DNA of 61,114 bases, from the IMG/VR virus record IMGVR_UViG_3300044691_000260, positions 1 through 61,114 of that record; one strand, written 5' to 3'. The notes under the pieces were generated by a model. It was not told where the DNA came from. It ran no database searches and was given only the letters and a program-made list of their open reading frames with translations. This document shows, piece by piece, positions 39,852 through 49,444 of this stretch; within the stretch, counting starts at the first letter, position 1, and every line of letters starts with the position of its first letter. The DNA comes from a virus. Lineage: Duplodnaviria; Caudoviricetes. Made by a program: the position numbers and the translations under genes.

Positions 39852-41264
39852 GTGGTTATCGACGAGATCATCACCAAGATCGAGGTGGAGCAGGACATGG
39901 CGACGAAGGCCCGTGACAAGGCCATCGCCGAGGTCCAGGCCATCGTGGCCAACGCCACCCAGGAAGGCCGGGGTACCTGTACTCCGGACGAGGACGAGCG
40001 CATCAAGGAACTCTTCGCGATCAAGGAGCGCAAGGCCGCCGACCTCGTCGGTATCGCCTCGAAGCTCGACAACGCGAAGCGCGCGAAGACCGCCGAGCTC
40101 GAGGTCACCACCGCGGTCGAGGAGCGCCACTCCACCGGCGTTCAGACCCGCAAGTACGACCAGGTGGCCCGTGTCGGCACCGAAGAGCGCACCTACCACA
40201 AGGGAAGCGACCGCAAGGGTTCGCAGTTCGTGCGGGACGTCGCGAAGCAGTTCCTCTTCCGCGACCTCGAGGCCGAACAGCGCCTCGTGCGGCACATGCA
40301 GGAAGAGCGTGTCGAGCGCGCGCAGTACCTGACTCGTGCGGCCGGCACCGGCGCGTTCTCCGGTCTGGTGGTCCCGCAGTACCTGACGGACATGTACGCG
40401 CCGGCGGTGGCGAACCTCCGCCCGTTCGCGGACATCTGCAACCACCACGACCTGCCCTCCGAGGGCATGACGGTCAACATCTCCCGCATCACCACCGCGT
40501 CGTCGGTGGCGCTGCAGGCGACGGAGAACACGGGCGTGTCGGAGACCGACATGGACGACACCCTTCTCACGGAGAACGTCCAGACCGCCGCGGGTCAGCA
40601 GACCCTGTCCCGCCAGGCTCTCGAGCGCGGTACCGGAATCGAAGAGGTCGCCCTCGGTGACCTGTACAAGCGGTACGCCACCTCGCTCGACAACACCCTG
40701 ATCAACCAGGCGACGACCGGTCTGGCGGCAGTCGCGACGACCACCACCTACACCGACTCGTCGCCGACCGTCCCCGAGCTGTACCCGAAGCTGCTGGGTG
40801 CTGCCGCAGGCGTCGAGGGTGCCCTGCTCGGTCAGGCTGTCCCGTCGCACGTGATCATGCACTCCCGCCGCTGGTACTGGATGCAGTCGCAGGTTGGCCC
40901 GAACTGGCCGACCATCCAACAGCCCGGGATCGACACCCAGGCCGCCGGCTCGAACAACGCTGTCCGGTACGGCACGGGTTCGCGTGGTGTGCTGCCGAAC
41001 GGCATGCAGGCAGTGGTGGACAACAACATCTCCACCCTGGGTGGTACCAGCACGACCGAGGACGCGATCTACGTGGTCCCGCAGGACGAGTGCCACCTGT
41101 GGGAAGACCCGCAGGCGCCGGTGTTCATCCGCGCGGAGCAGGCCAAGGCAGCCAGCCTCGGTGTCCTGCTGGTGCTGTACGGCTACTACGCGTACAGCCT
41201 GCGCCGCTACGCCAACGCGATGCAGTCGATCACGGGCACTGGCCTCGTGACTCCTGCGTTCTGA
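39852..41264 (+). CDS. Major capsid protein (HK97 fold with N-terminal delta domain)
   Basis: Position, coiled-coil N-terminus, GLVVPQYL motif. Confidence 0.9.
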   Translation: MVIDEIITKIEVEQDMATKARDKAIAEVQAIVANATQEGRGTCTPDEDERIKELFAIKERKAADLVGIASKLDNAKRAKTAELEVTTAVEERHSTGVQTRKYDQVARVGTEERTYHKGSDRKGSQFVRDVAKQFLFRDLEAEQRLVRHMQEERVERAQYLTRAAGTGAFSGLVVPQYLTDMYAPAVANLRPFADICNHHDLPSEGMTVNISRITTASSVALQATENTGVSETDMDDTLLTENVQTAAGQQTLSRQALERGTGIEEVALGDLYKRYATSLDNTLINQATTGLAAVATTTTYTDSSPTVPELYPKLLGAAAGVEGALLGQAVPSHVIMHSRRWYWMQSQVGPNWPTIQQPGIDTQAAGSNNAVRYGTGSRGVLPNGMQAVVDNNISTLGGTSTTEDAIYVVPQDECHLWEDPQAPVFIRAEQAKAASLGVLLVLYGYYAYSLRRYANAMQSITGTGLVTPAF

Positions 41265-41285
41265 TCTGAAACGGAGCTGACCACC

Positions 41286-41669
41286 ATGGCCACGATCGCC
41301 ACCAGCAGCGGGAACTCCTTCCCGAACTCCGCGAGCCTGTCCTCGGCGCAAACCGGGAACGGGCAGTCCACGAACATCGTGGACCGCGGAGGCTCCACCA
41401 ACCCTGCTCTGGTGACGATCGTGACCACGATCGGCGCCACCCCCACCTGCACCTACCTCCTCGAGGTATCCGCGGATGGGGTCGACTGGTTCCCGGGGCT
41501 GTACGCGGACGCCGCGACCCCGGGAACCACCGCCGTCACGGCCTTCACGGTCACCACGGCAACCACGAACCGCAAGATCATGGCCGCCGGTCAGCCGTGG
41601 CGGTACCTGCGGATCACGTACAGCGCCAACACGAACGTCACCTCCACCGCGTCGGTGTGGACGTTCTGA
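41286..41669 (+). CDS. Putative capsid decoration protein
   Basis: Beta-rich, LEVSADGVDW and RYLRITY; directly after the MCP. Confidence 0.55.
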   Translation: MATIATSSGNSFPNSASLSSAQTGNGQSTNIVDRGGSTNPALVTIVTTIGATPTCTYLLEVSADGVDWFPGLYADAATPGTTAVTAFTVTTATTNRKIMAAGQPWRYLRITYSANTNVTSTASVWTF

Positions 41670-41672
41670 CCG

Positions 41673-42194
41673 GTGAAACTAGTCAGGTCGTGGCCGGCGC
41701 GGATCCCCGCAGGCCGCTCATACGTGGTGGACCAGATCGACCGGTTGGTCATCGACAACCACGACTACCGGGCGCTCGCCGAGCTCGACGACGATGTTCT
41801 CCTCCTCGAGTGGGACATCGCGGCGAGCAAAGAGGACATCGAGTTCTTCGCCCGCCGCGCGAAAGCCACCCCAGGTGACGTCCTCGTGGCCCCGTACTTG
41901 CTGTACACCCCTGAACCGGTGTGGGCACACAGGTCATGGCCCGGCGGGACCATGACACCCGAAGGTGCCGCACCGGTAGCTACAGGCGCGAAAACCTGCA
42001 ACCTGTTCGGCCTCGGCCTCGTGTACCTACCCCGCGAACTCATCGCCCGGTTCTGCGAATCCGGTTGGGCAAACCACTTCGGGGACGTCGAGTTCTCCAT
42101 GTGGCACTACCACAACGTCAAGACAGAAGTACCGATCGCGTGGGCTGTGCAGCCTGTGCACCTCAACCACCCAGGAGTGACCAATGTCGGATGA
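41673..42194 (+). CDS. Glycosyltransferase-like (GT-A) protein
   Basis: VLLLEWDI (DxD-like), FGLGLVYLPRELI, GDVEFS and VHL. Confidence 0.5.
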   Translation: MKLVRSWPARIPAGRSYVVDQIDRLVIDNHDYRALAELDDDVLLLEWDIAASKEDIEFFARRAKATPGDVLVAPYLLYTPEPVWAHRSWPGGTMTPEGAAPVATGAKTCNLFGLGLVYLPRELIARFCESGWANHFGDVEFSMWHYHNVKTEVPIAWAVQPVHLNHPGVTNVG

Positions 42195-42432
42195 CGACGC
42201 CAACAGCAGGACCATCGCCGCGTTGCTTCGGGAGCGTTCCATGCTCGCCGGCCGCGGCTACGACGAGCGTGTCGCGCAGGTCGACGCGGAACTGAAGGTC
42301 CGCGGCTACGACGCCCCGAAGGACCCGATCCAGGAAGCCCCGAAGGACCCGGTGAAGCGGGACGCGGACCCGTCCAAGCAGGCACCGCAGGGCCGGTCGG
42401 CGACCCCGCCGAAGACCGCGAAGACCGACTAG
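42184..42432 (+). CDS. Small head-associated hypothetical protein
   Basis: IAALLRER...RVAQVDAEL. Confidence 0.65.
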   Translation: MSDDDANSRTIAALLRERSMLAGRGYDERVAQVDAELKVRGYDAPKDPIQEAPKDPVKRDADPSKQAPQGRSATPPKTAKTD

Positions 42433-42450
42433 TTCCAGGCGGGGGGAGCT

Positions 42451-43353
42451 ATGGCACTGAAGTTGGCGTGTTCGTTCGATGAGTCAGGTTCCACTGTTTT
42501 CGACATGTCCGGCAACGGCAACAATTTCAACCTCACCACCGATGCAACCCGGGTAGTGGGGCACACGAACGGTGGGATCCAGCCGGCCACGACCGCGACA
42601 GTGCCGTTGCCGAACGTGGGACAGACAGATGAACGTACCGTCTGCATGTGGATCAAGGGCGCCGTTCCGGATGGGTACGCGATCCAGTGGTACGACCCCA
42701 CCGCCAATTCGGGTGCCGGGTCGGGGGCGTTCGGGATCCTGTTCAACATGGGCAACATCTGCATCCAGGCCCGCAATGCAGCGGATGTGTTCACACGCGC
42801 TGAGGTTCCGTGGCCTGACACGACAACGTGGCATCACGTCGCTGGTACGTACGGTGGCGGGGCCGTGAAGCTGTACCTCGACGGGGTGCTAGCTGATCAG
42901 CAGTCCCTCGTTGGCCCACTGCGGATCAGCAACGCGCCGACGTTGTTCGGTGGCTGGGCTTCGCTAGGTTCTTTCGACGACCTACGTGTGTACGACATCG
43001 CACTCGGGGCGTCATCCATTGTCGCGGCGAGGGACACGCCAGTCGCCTCGAGCGATCTGGCGTCAGCAGCGAACCTGTCAGTGGCTACAGCCTTTTTGGC
43101 GCGGGTGACCGCGGCGATGATGCAGTACGGGGTGACCATCGCGAAAGCGATCCTCGCAGCGGGAAGCCCGTCGTCGGAAGACAAAGCCCGGCTTATCTTG
43201 TCTCAGGCGGCACTGACTGACCCTGCGTCGTATGGGCAGCAGTTCGCGTGGGCTTTGGGTTCCGACTTGGCTGTGGACGCCACAGTGGACGACGACACGA
43301 TCCGGCAGATGGTCCAGGCCAGCTGGAACGTCATCGCGAAAGTGCCTATCTAG
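42451..43353 (+). CDS. LamG/concanavalin-like domain protein
   Basis: FDESGSTVFDMSGNG, WHHVAGTY..VKLYLDG and FDDLRVYDIAL. Confidence 0.85.
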   Translation: MALKLACSFDESGSTVFDMSGNGNNFNLTTDATRVVGHTNGGIQPATTATVPLPNVGQTDERTVCMWIKGAVPDGYAIQWYDPTANSGAGSGAFGILFNMGNICIQARNAADVFTRAEVPWPDTTTWHHVAGTYGGGAVKLYLDGVLADQQSLVGPLRISNAPTLFGGWASLGSFDDLRVYDIALGASSIVAARDTPVASSDLASAANLSVATAFLARVTAAMMQYGVTIAKAILAAGSPSSEDKARLILSQAALTDPASYGQQFAWALGSDLAVDATVDDDTIRQMVQASWNVIAKVPI

Positions 43354-43371
43354 TAAGGCAGGTGATCCCGC

Positions 43372-44052
43372 ATGGCCCCGATTGCGGCGTACGGGTTCAG
43401 CGCAGGCGCAGGTTCCACGGTCACCGACGATTCCGGCAACGGTCACACCCTCACTGTCGGATCAGGCAGTTACACCGCCAGTGGACACACGGGGCCCGGT
43501 TTCCAGAACACCGGCGGTGGTGCCACAACGGGAGCCTCTGGCTCTGTCCCCGCGGTTACTGGTTCGACGTGCACGGTCATGGCGTGGGTGAAGCCGTCCG
43601 CGTTGCCCGCGCTCGGCGTGCACATGATCTGCGGGTCTCTGCAAACCGGCGGCTCAACGGATTTCGCCATCTACACGCAACGCGGCGATTTCAGCACCCA
43701 CAATGTTCTGCAAGGCAACGCTCGAATCAGCGGTGGCCTGATCGCCGCCAACGGGGCCGCGCTAACTGTAGGCACGTGGGCTCACGTCGCTTTGACGTTC
43801 GACGGCACCAACCTCAAGTTGTACAAGGACGGCACTCTCGTCACCACGGTGGCGAACACGGGAACCCTGAGCAACACGGCCACTCTCTACGTCGCGGGCA
43901 TGGCGTCCGCTGGCACAGGCGCGGTCACTGTCGACGACGCGAGGTATTTCAGCACGGACGAGTCAGCGAACATCACGACGTGGATGAATACGCCTATCGC
44001 GCCACCTGACGTCCCCATCTACCAGATGTCCCAATACGGAAGCTTCCACTGA
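43372..44052 (+). CDS. LamG-like domain protein
   Basis: TVMAWVKP, WAHVALTFDGTNLKLYKDG and VDDARYF. Confidence 0.85.
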   Translation: MAPIAAYGFSAGAGSTVTDDSGNGHTLTVGSGSYTASGHTGPGFQNTGGGATTGASGSVPAVTGSTCTVMAWVKPSALPALGVHMICGSLQTGGSTDFAIYTQRGDFSTHNVLQGNARISGGLIAANGAALTVGTWAHVALTFDGTNLKLYKDGTLVTTVANTGTLSNTATLYVAGMASAGTGAVTVDDARYFSTDESANITTWMNTPIAPPDVPIYQMSQYGSFH

Positions 44053-44065
44053 AGGAGACCCAGTC

Positions 44066-44533
44066 ATGGCGCGTTTCTCGGCGCAGTTGAAGAGCACGGC
44101 GGCGCTGGCCGTGGACACCGAATTCGCGTGGCTCATGGCCTCCGCGGGCACCGGTTTCAAGCTCCGGCGAGTGACCCTCGGTGTCGTCGCCGGCGCCTCC
44201 ACCCCCACCTCCCAGCAGTTGACCGTGGGACTAAACCGGGTCACCACCGCAGGCACCACCCCGACCGCGGGCATGACCCCGAACAAGCTTGACCCGAACA
44301 CCAACTCCGCCGGCGCGGTGTGGAACTCCGCGTATTCCGCGGCCCCCACCAAGACCGCGAACGACTTCTTCCGGGCGTCGTTCAACTCCCAGTCCGGGGT
44401 GGACCTTCCGTGGGAACTGATGGAGGAGCTCGCGGTGGCGCTCGGAACGACGAACGGTATCGCGTTCGTCAACCGTGACAACGCGCTCCCCACGTCGCAC
44501 TCGCTGACCATCTCGGTCGAGTGGGAAGAGTAG
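44066..44533 (+). CDS. Hypothetical virion protein
   Basis: Beta-rich, ends in VEWEE. Confidence 0.7.
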   Translation: MARFSAQLKSTAALAVDTEFAWLMASAGTGFKLRRVTLGVVAGASTPTSQQLTVGLNRVTTAGTTPTAGMTPNKLDPNTNSAGAVWNSAYSAAPTKTANDFFRASFNSQSGVDLPWELMEELAVALGTTNGIAFVNRDNALPTSHSLTISVEWEE

Positions 44534-44589
44534 GCCCCCGCTCGCTGGTGCTGCCGTAACTGCTTCACCTTCAGCGACGGGAGTAGTCC

Positions 44590-45468
44590 ATGATGCGTCG
44601 CTGGCGAAATCTGTCGTTCCGTCGCCAGCGACGATTCGACCCGCCCTGGGTGGCCGCGACCGCGCCGGCCCCGACCGTGCCGACTCCGTTCACGGATCAG
44701 GCGGGGAACCGGCCTCGCTGGGCACCTGCCGTTCGGCGTGGACGATTCATCCAGGTACCGCCCCCTCAGGTGGTTGTCCAGGTAGCACCTGTTCCCGGGT
44801 TTCGCGACCAAGCCGGTTGGCGCCCGCGGTGGGCTCCCTCGCTGAGGCGAGGGAAGTTCACGGCGGTTCCGCCCACCCAGGTCAACACGCAGGGCTGGAT
44901 AGATCAGGCCGGTGCCCGGCCACGGTCGGTGCCGCTGGCGCGCCGGGGTCGGTTCCAGACGTTCGTACCCGCGGCTTCCGCCATCGTCGCCCCGGTGCTG
45001 ACCCCGAGCATCATCCGGCAGGCCCGGCGCCCATCGCTCCCCGTTCGCCGCGGTGAGTTCTCCACGCCCGTGCCGGCACCTCAGGTGCAGATCACGCCGG
45101 CGCTCATACCGCGGATCAAACGCCACTCTTGGGCGAAGGCGACCCCGGTTCGGCGGGGGCACTTCCTGATCGTCCCGCCGGCGCCGGTAGCTGCAGCGCC
45201 GTCAGTGTGGTCACCGAAGGCGGTACGGCAGACCTCGCGGCGAGTGGTCATCACGCGCCGCGGCCGTTTCCTCTCGATCCCGATGGTGGGCGCGACACCG
45301 ACAGCCCCGGGGTTCATCTGTCAGGACTTCGCGGCCACTACCAGCGTCACCGCGTACGCCGGAACGTCCACAACAGACGCCTATGCGGGCTCTACGTCCG
45401 TTGACGCGTACGCAGCCACCTTGTCCGTCGACATCTACTCGGCTACGGCCGTCATCTGCGGGAGGTGA
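44590..45468 (+). CDS. Arg/Pro-rich repeat protein (RRGxF repeats)
   Basis: About 7 RRG(R/K/E/H)F-type units, then a DAYAG-like 9-aa repeat tail. Confidence 0.7.
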   Translation: MMRRWRNLSFRRQRRFDPPWVAATAPAPTVPTPFTDQAGNRPRWAPAVRRGRFIQVPPPQVVVQVAPVPGFRDQAGWRPRWAPSLRRGKFTAVPPTQVNTQGWIDQAGARPRSVPLARRGRFQTFVPAASAIVAPVLTPSIIRQARRPSLPVRRGEFSTPVPAPQVQITPALIPRIKRHSWAKATPVRRGHFLIVPPAPVAAAPSVWSPKAVRQTSRRVVITRRGRFLSIPMVGATPTAPGFICQDFAATTSVTAYAGTSTTDAYAGSTSVDAYAATLSVDIYSATAVICGR

Positions 45469-45472
45469 ACTT

Positions 45473-45820
45473 GTGGCGTCCAGCATTCCGCTCGCGCTGA
45501 ACGAGAACAACGACGAGAACGTGAAAGTCGTCGCCACCACCAACGTCCCCACCTTGGGTACCACGTTGGACATCACAGGGTTCACCATCGAGGCGTTCCT
45601 GAAGCTGACCGCGGCGACAGCGGACGCGGACGCGAGCACCTGGAAAGGGTCCACGGCGACCTCTGAAGTGACGATCACCGACGCCCCGAACGGGAAGTTC
45701 ACGGTCGCGATCCCCGCCGCATCGCTCACCACCGACAAGAAGTGGTGGCGCGCGGACGCAGTGTCCGGCGGGAAACGGAAAACCATCGCGTACGGCGTCG
45801 TCACTGTGACTGACCTGTGA
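45473..45820 (+). CDS. BppU-N-like/Ig-like virion protein
   Basis: LDITGFTIEA...ITDAPNGKFTVAIP. Confidence 0.5.
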   Translation: MASSIPLALNENNDENVKVVATTNVPTLGTTLDITGFTIEAFLKLTAATADADASTWKGSTATSEVTITDAPNGKFTVAIPAASLTTDKKWWRADAVSGGKRKTIAYGVVTVTDL

Positions 45821-45832
45821 GGGGGAACGGCG

Positions 45833-46639
45833 ATGGCGATTGACGTCGGCGACACCTACCGCTGCAGCTTCACCAACACCTCCCCATCGGGTGGGCTGGT
45901 CAGCTCCGGGGACATGAAACTCACCGTCATCCTTCCCGACGACACCCAAACCGTTATCGACCCGGTCACCCCTATCAGCACCGGGGTGTACCAGTACGAC
46001 TTCCCCACCACCCAACCCGGCCGGCACGTCGCCCAATGGCAAGGGACCGGGGCAGGGCCGGGCGCGTACGTGGAGATCTTCGACGTCCGCACCCTCACCC
46101 CCGGCTACCTGATCTCCCTGGCCGCGGCGAAGAAGCAGCTGAGGATCCCGCCGATTGACACCACGTTCGACGAGGACATCCGCGGCTTCATCGAGTCCGC
46201 GACTGACGCTGTGGAGCGGATCCGCGGCGAGGCGATCGTCAAGCAGACCATCACCGAAGAGCATGAGGTCCGCACCGGGCGGATCGCGCTCAACAAGCCG
46301 CCAGTGGTGCAACTCGTGTCGGTGGTCAGCACAGACGGGGTCATCACCTGGCCGGCGGCGAACCTTCTGATCAGCCCCGCGGGTGTGGTGTCCACGAAAT
46401 ACCTCGGCGGGTTCCTGTCCCTCGACGGGTTCATCAGGGTGGTGTACAAAGCCGGATACCAGATCATCCCGGAGTCGTTCATCACCGCGACCGGGTTCAT
46501 CGTCGAACACCTGTGGCAGACACGCCGCGGCTCGAAAGGCAGCCCTACCGTCGGCGGGGTGTCTGTTCCTGGTATCGGGTTCTTGGTCCCGTATCAGGCG
46601 ATGGAGTTGCTGGGCAACGGGACAGGCGGGTTCGCCTGA
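45833..46639 (+). CDS. Head-tail connector (gp6-like) with N-terminal Ig-like domain
   Basis: LISLAAAKKQLRI...FIESAT..VE...VVYKAGY. Confidence 0.8.
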   Translation: MAIDVGDTYRCSFTNTSPSGGLVSSGDMKLTVILPDDTQTVIDPVTPISTGVYQYDFPTTQPGRHVAQWQGTGAGPGAYVEIFDVRTLTPGYLISLAAAKKQLRIPPIDTTFDEDIRGFIESATDAVERIRGEAIVKQTITEEHEVRTGRIALNKPPVVQLVSVVSTDGVITWPAANLLISPAGVVSTKYLGGFLSLDGFIRVVYKAGYQIIPESFITATGFIVEHLWQTRRGSKGSPTVGGVSVPGIGFLVPYQAMELLGNGTGGFA

Positions 46640-47103
46640 TGGTCCAAACCATGCTTCCCCAAGCCATCGACGCGATTGTGACGCTCTTCAAAGCGCAAGG
46701 GCTGACCGTGTGGGATGGGCCGATCATCACCGGCGACTACAGCGACGCCGTGTACGTCGGATTCGATGGCGACTACACCGGCGAAGAGAAAGCAGCCTCC
46801 ACGATCCAGGCGTGGGCAGGGATCGGCAACCGCGCGCGCAAGGAAGAATTGGACATCGTCTGCTCCATCTGCACGATGACCGGCGACGCTGCGTCTTGGA
46901 AAACTCCGCGCGACACGGCTGTCGCGATCCTTGCGACTGTCGGGCAAGTGCTCCGCTCCGATCCGTCCATCGGGCTCGGGCCACCGACGATTTCCGCTGA
47001 CTTCGTCGCCGAGTTGTGGCCCGGGGAGTTCTTCCAAGAGACCGGGCCCGCCGGGTACCAGATCCGGATCGTGTTCACCATCCACATCAAAACCCGCGTG
47101 TAG
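46639..47103 (+). CDS. Tail terminator/completion protein
   Basis: Position; VWDGP and LRSDPSIG. Confidence 0.65.
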   Translation: MVQTMLPQAIDAIVTLFKAQGLTVWDGPIITGDYSDAVYVGFDGDYTGEEKAASTIQAWAGIGNRARKEELDIVCSICTMTGDAASWKTPRDTAVAILATVGQVLRSDPSIGLGPPTISADFVAELWPGEFFQETGPAGYQIRIVFTIHIKTRV

Positions 47104-47112
47104 GGAGCAAAA

Positions 47113-47355
47113 ATGCCCAGGTTCCGCCTGATCCTCGACCACCCCGTCGACGTGTACCAGCCTGCCGGCGGCGCGAGCTCGCTGCAGGTCGAACCAGGGG
47201 ACCTCGTCGAAGCGCCCGGTGTGCTCGGTGAGGAACTCGAGGACGCGTACGTCGTCGGTACGGGTGATGACGCCCGCTTGTGGCCGAAGGCCCTGTGGGA
47301 ACTCGACAAGCCTGCTGCCGCGCCCGCGGCTTCGGCCGTAGCGAAGGAGAAGTAA
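47113..47355 (+). CDS. Small hypothetical protein
   Basis: gggag SD; typical small gene before the tail tube. Confidence 0.6.
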   Translation: MPRFRLILDHPVDVYQPAGGASSLQVEPGDLVEAPGVLGEELEDAYVVGTGDDARLWPKALWELDKPAAAPAASAVAKEK

Positions 47356-47356
47356 C

Positions 47357-48385
47357 GTGCCCACGGGATCAGGTCTTGACAGCCAAATCATGTTCGGGCA
47401 AGAGACAGTGTGGGGTACGGGGGTGACCCCGACTCGGTCCATCGAGTTCAACTCGGAGACCGTGAAGTTCGACCCCACCTGGTTGGAACCGAACTCGCTC
47501 CACAAGGGAATCAAGTACAAGAGGCAGAACCGGGCGTCGATCTCCCGGACTTCGGTGTCCGGCGACGTCGCGTTCGACATCAACACTCTGGGCATGGGCA
47601 TGCTGGTCCGGAACATGCTTGGCTCCGCGACCGCCACCACCACCCTGATCTCCGGGTCTGCGTACAAGCAGATCCATACCCCGGGCGACTTCCGAGGCAT
47701 GGGCATCACTGTCCAGGTTGGGCGTCCGGAGCCGGGTACTGGGACCGTGGTGCCGTTCACCTACGACGGCTGCAAGGTGTCCAAGTGGGCGTTCTCCTTG
47801 AAGGACAACGACACCCCCAACTTGCAGCTCAGCTTCGACGGGCAGGGCGAGACCACGGCCACCGCTCTCGCGACGCCCGCGTTCCTGTCCGGATCGACCA
47901 CCTACAACTTCTCCCAGGCTGTGCTGAAGCTGGGCGGTACCGCATCTACGAGCGCGGGTGAGACCACCATCGCGGGCGGGACTCCGATCGCGGCGATCGC
48001 GAAGGACATCTCCCTCGCCGGGGCCGTCCCGATGGCGAACCAGCGGTTCGGGCTCGGCAACGGCGGCCAGAAAAACGAGCAGTTGGAGAACGGTATCCCC
48101 ACCATCACGGGGAAGCTGTCGACGGAGTTCGCGAAGACGGAGCTCTACACCCCGTTCCAGGCTGGGACGGCGATGTGCCTGCAGCTTGACCTCGTCGGCG
48201 CCACGCTGGGTGCGACCACGTACCTGTTCTCGATCATCATCCCGGCGATCAAGATCAAGGCCGCGCCGCCGAACGTCAGCGGCCCGGACCTCGTGCAGAT
48301 GAGCACGGACTTCGAGGTCTACAGCAACGAAGTGGACCCGGTGATCCAGTTCAAGATCATCTCCACGGAAGCCACCGTCGTCTAA
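47357..48385 (+). CDS. Major tail (tube) protein
   Basis: GQETVWGTGVTP and FTYDGCKV; position. Confidence 0.85.
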   Translation: MPTGSGLDSQIMFGQETVWGTGVTPTRSIEFNSETVKFDPTWLEPNSLHKGIKYKRQNRASISRTSVSGDVAFDINTLGMGMLVRNMLGSATATTTLISGSAYKQIHTPGDFRGMGITVQVGRPEPGTGTVVPFTYDGCKVSKWAFSLKDNDTPNLQLSFDGQGETTATALATPAFLSGSTTYNFSQAVLKLGGTASTSAGETTIAGGTPIAAIAKDISLAGAVPMANQRFGLGNGGQKNEQLENGIPTITGKLSTEFAKTELYTPFQAGTAMCLQLDLVGATLGATTYLFSIIIPAIKIKAAPPNVSGPDLVQMSTDFEVYSNEVDPVIQFKIISTEATVV

Positions 48386-48410
48386 CTCGCTGATAGGTAA
48401 GGAGAACACG

Positions 48411-48965
48411 ATGGGTGAACTCCGTATCTCCATGGCGATCGAAGGCGCGGATCGGTACCGCGAACTGGCGAAGAAGCTCCGTGGGCCGGCGAAGAAGAAG
48501 CTCCGCGCCGACCTGCGGACACAGATCAACGAAGCCGGGAAGCCGGTACTGGATGAGGTTCGGGAGCGTGTACGCACGCTCCCGATCAACTCAGGTCACG
48601 GTGGTGGTAACGCGCAGCGCAGGTCGTTCAACGTGTCGAAGGCCCGCACTGAACGAGCCATCAAGAACGCGGCGAAACGGCCCGCTGGGTTGCGGGAGAC
48701 GATCGCGAAAGCCACGAAACTCCAGATCACCGCTAAGGGTGTGCGGTTCGTGGTCGCATCGTCCGCTCTCCCCGCCGATCAAGTGTCGCTTCCACGGCAC
48801 CTGGATTCGGTCAAGGGATGGCGGCACCCGACGTTCGCTCACAAGCCGTGGGTGGACCAGAAGGGCCAACCCTGGTTCGCGTCGACCATCTCCAAGCGGG
48901 CACCGCAGTTCCGACGAGCTGCGCTGAACGCGATCGACCAGACCATCGAAGAGCTAGAGAAATAA
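48411..48965 (+). CDS. HK97 gp10-like neck protein
   Basis: Basic; GLRETIA and WRHP..QPWF. Confidence 0.55.
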   Translation: MGELRISMAIEGADRYRELAKKLRGPAKKKLRADLRTQINEAGKPVLDEVRERVRTLPINSGHGGGNAQRRSFNVSKARTERAIKNAAKRPAGLRETIAKATKLQITAKGVRFVVASSALPADQVSLPRHLDSVKGWRHPTFAHKPWVDQKGQPWFASTISKRAPQFRRAALNAIDQTIEELEK

Positions 48966-48989
48966 CCAACTAGGCAGGGGAACCAAAGC

Positions 48990-49444
48990 ATGCTGCACAA
49001 GATCGAAGACGAAGAGTATGAGTTCGACGGCGAGTTCACCCTCGAAGAGGCTGAGCTTTTCTACGACATCGCGAAGATCGGCATGAACGAGCTGAACGGG
49101 GAACTCCGCAAGGGGAACCCATACGCGCAGAGGGTGTTCATGTTCGTGCTGATGAAGCGCGGCGGGAAGAAGATCCGCATCGAGGACGTCCGCAAACTGC
49201 AGGTGTCTTCGTGGCAGATTGTCCCCGCCGAGGTTGCGGAATCGGGTGACGACGACGCCACGGCGGAGCCGACCGAGGACCCTACCCCGAGTGGTGGAGC
49301 AACCCCAAAGCCCGCTACCAGCGCTACAAAGTAGCGATGTCTTTCCGGTTCTCATTGAGGCCGGTGGATATGCGTGCGTTGACCCTTTCCGAATTCGACG
49401 ACTACGCGCGAGGCGTCGACGACCTGGCTAAGGGCGGTGCGTAG
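48990..49444 (+). CDS. Tail assembly chaperone (G stop 49334; G-T by -1 frameshift to 49444)
   Basis: GAC-CCT-A at 49278-49284; the -1 frame is open to TAG 49444 and encodes LRPVDMRALTLSEF. Confidence 0.75.
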
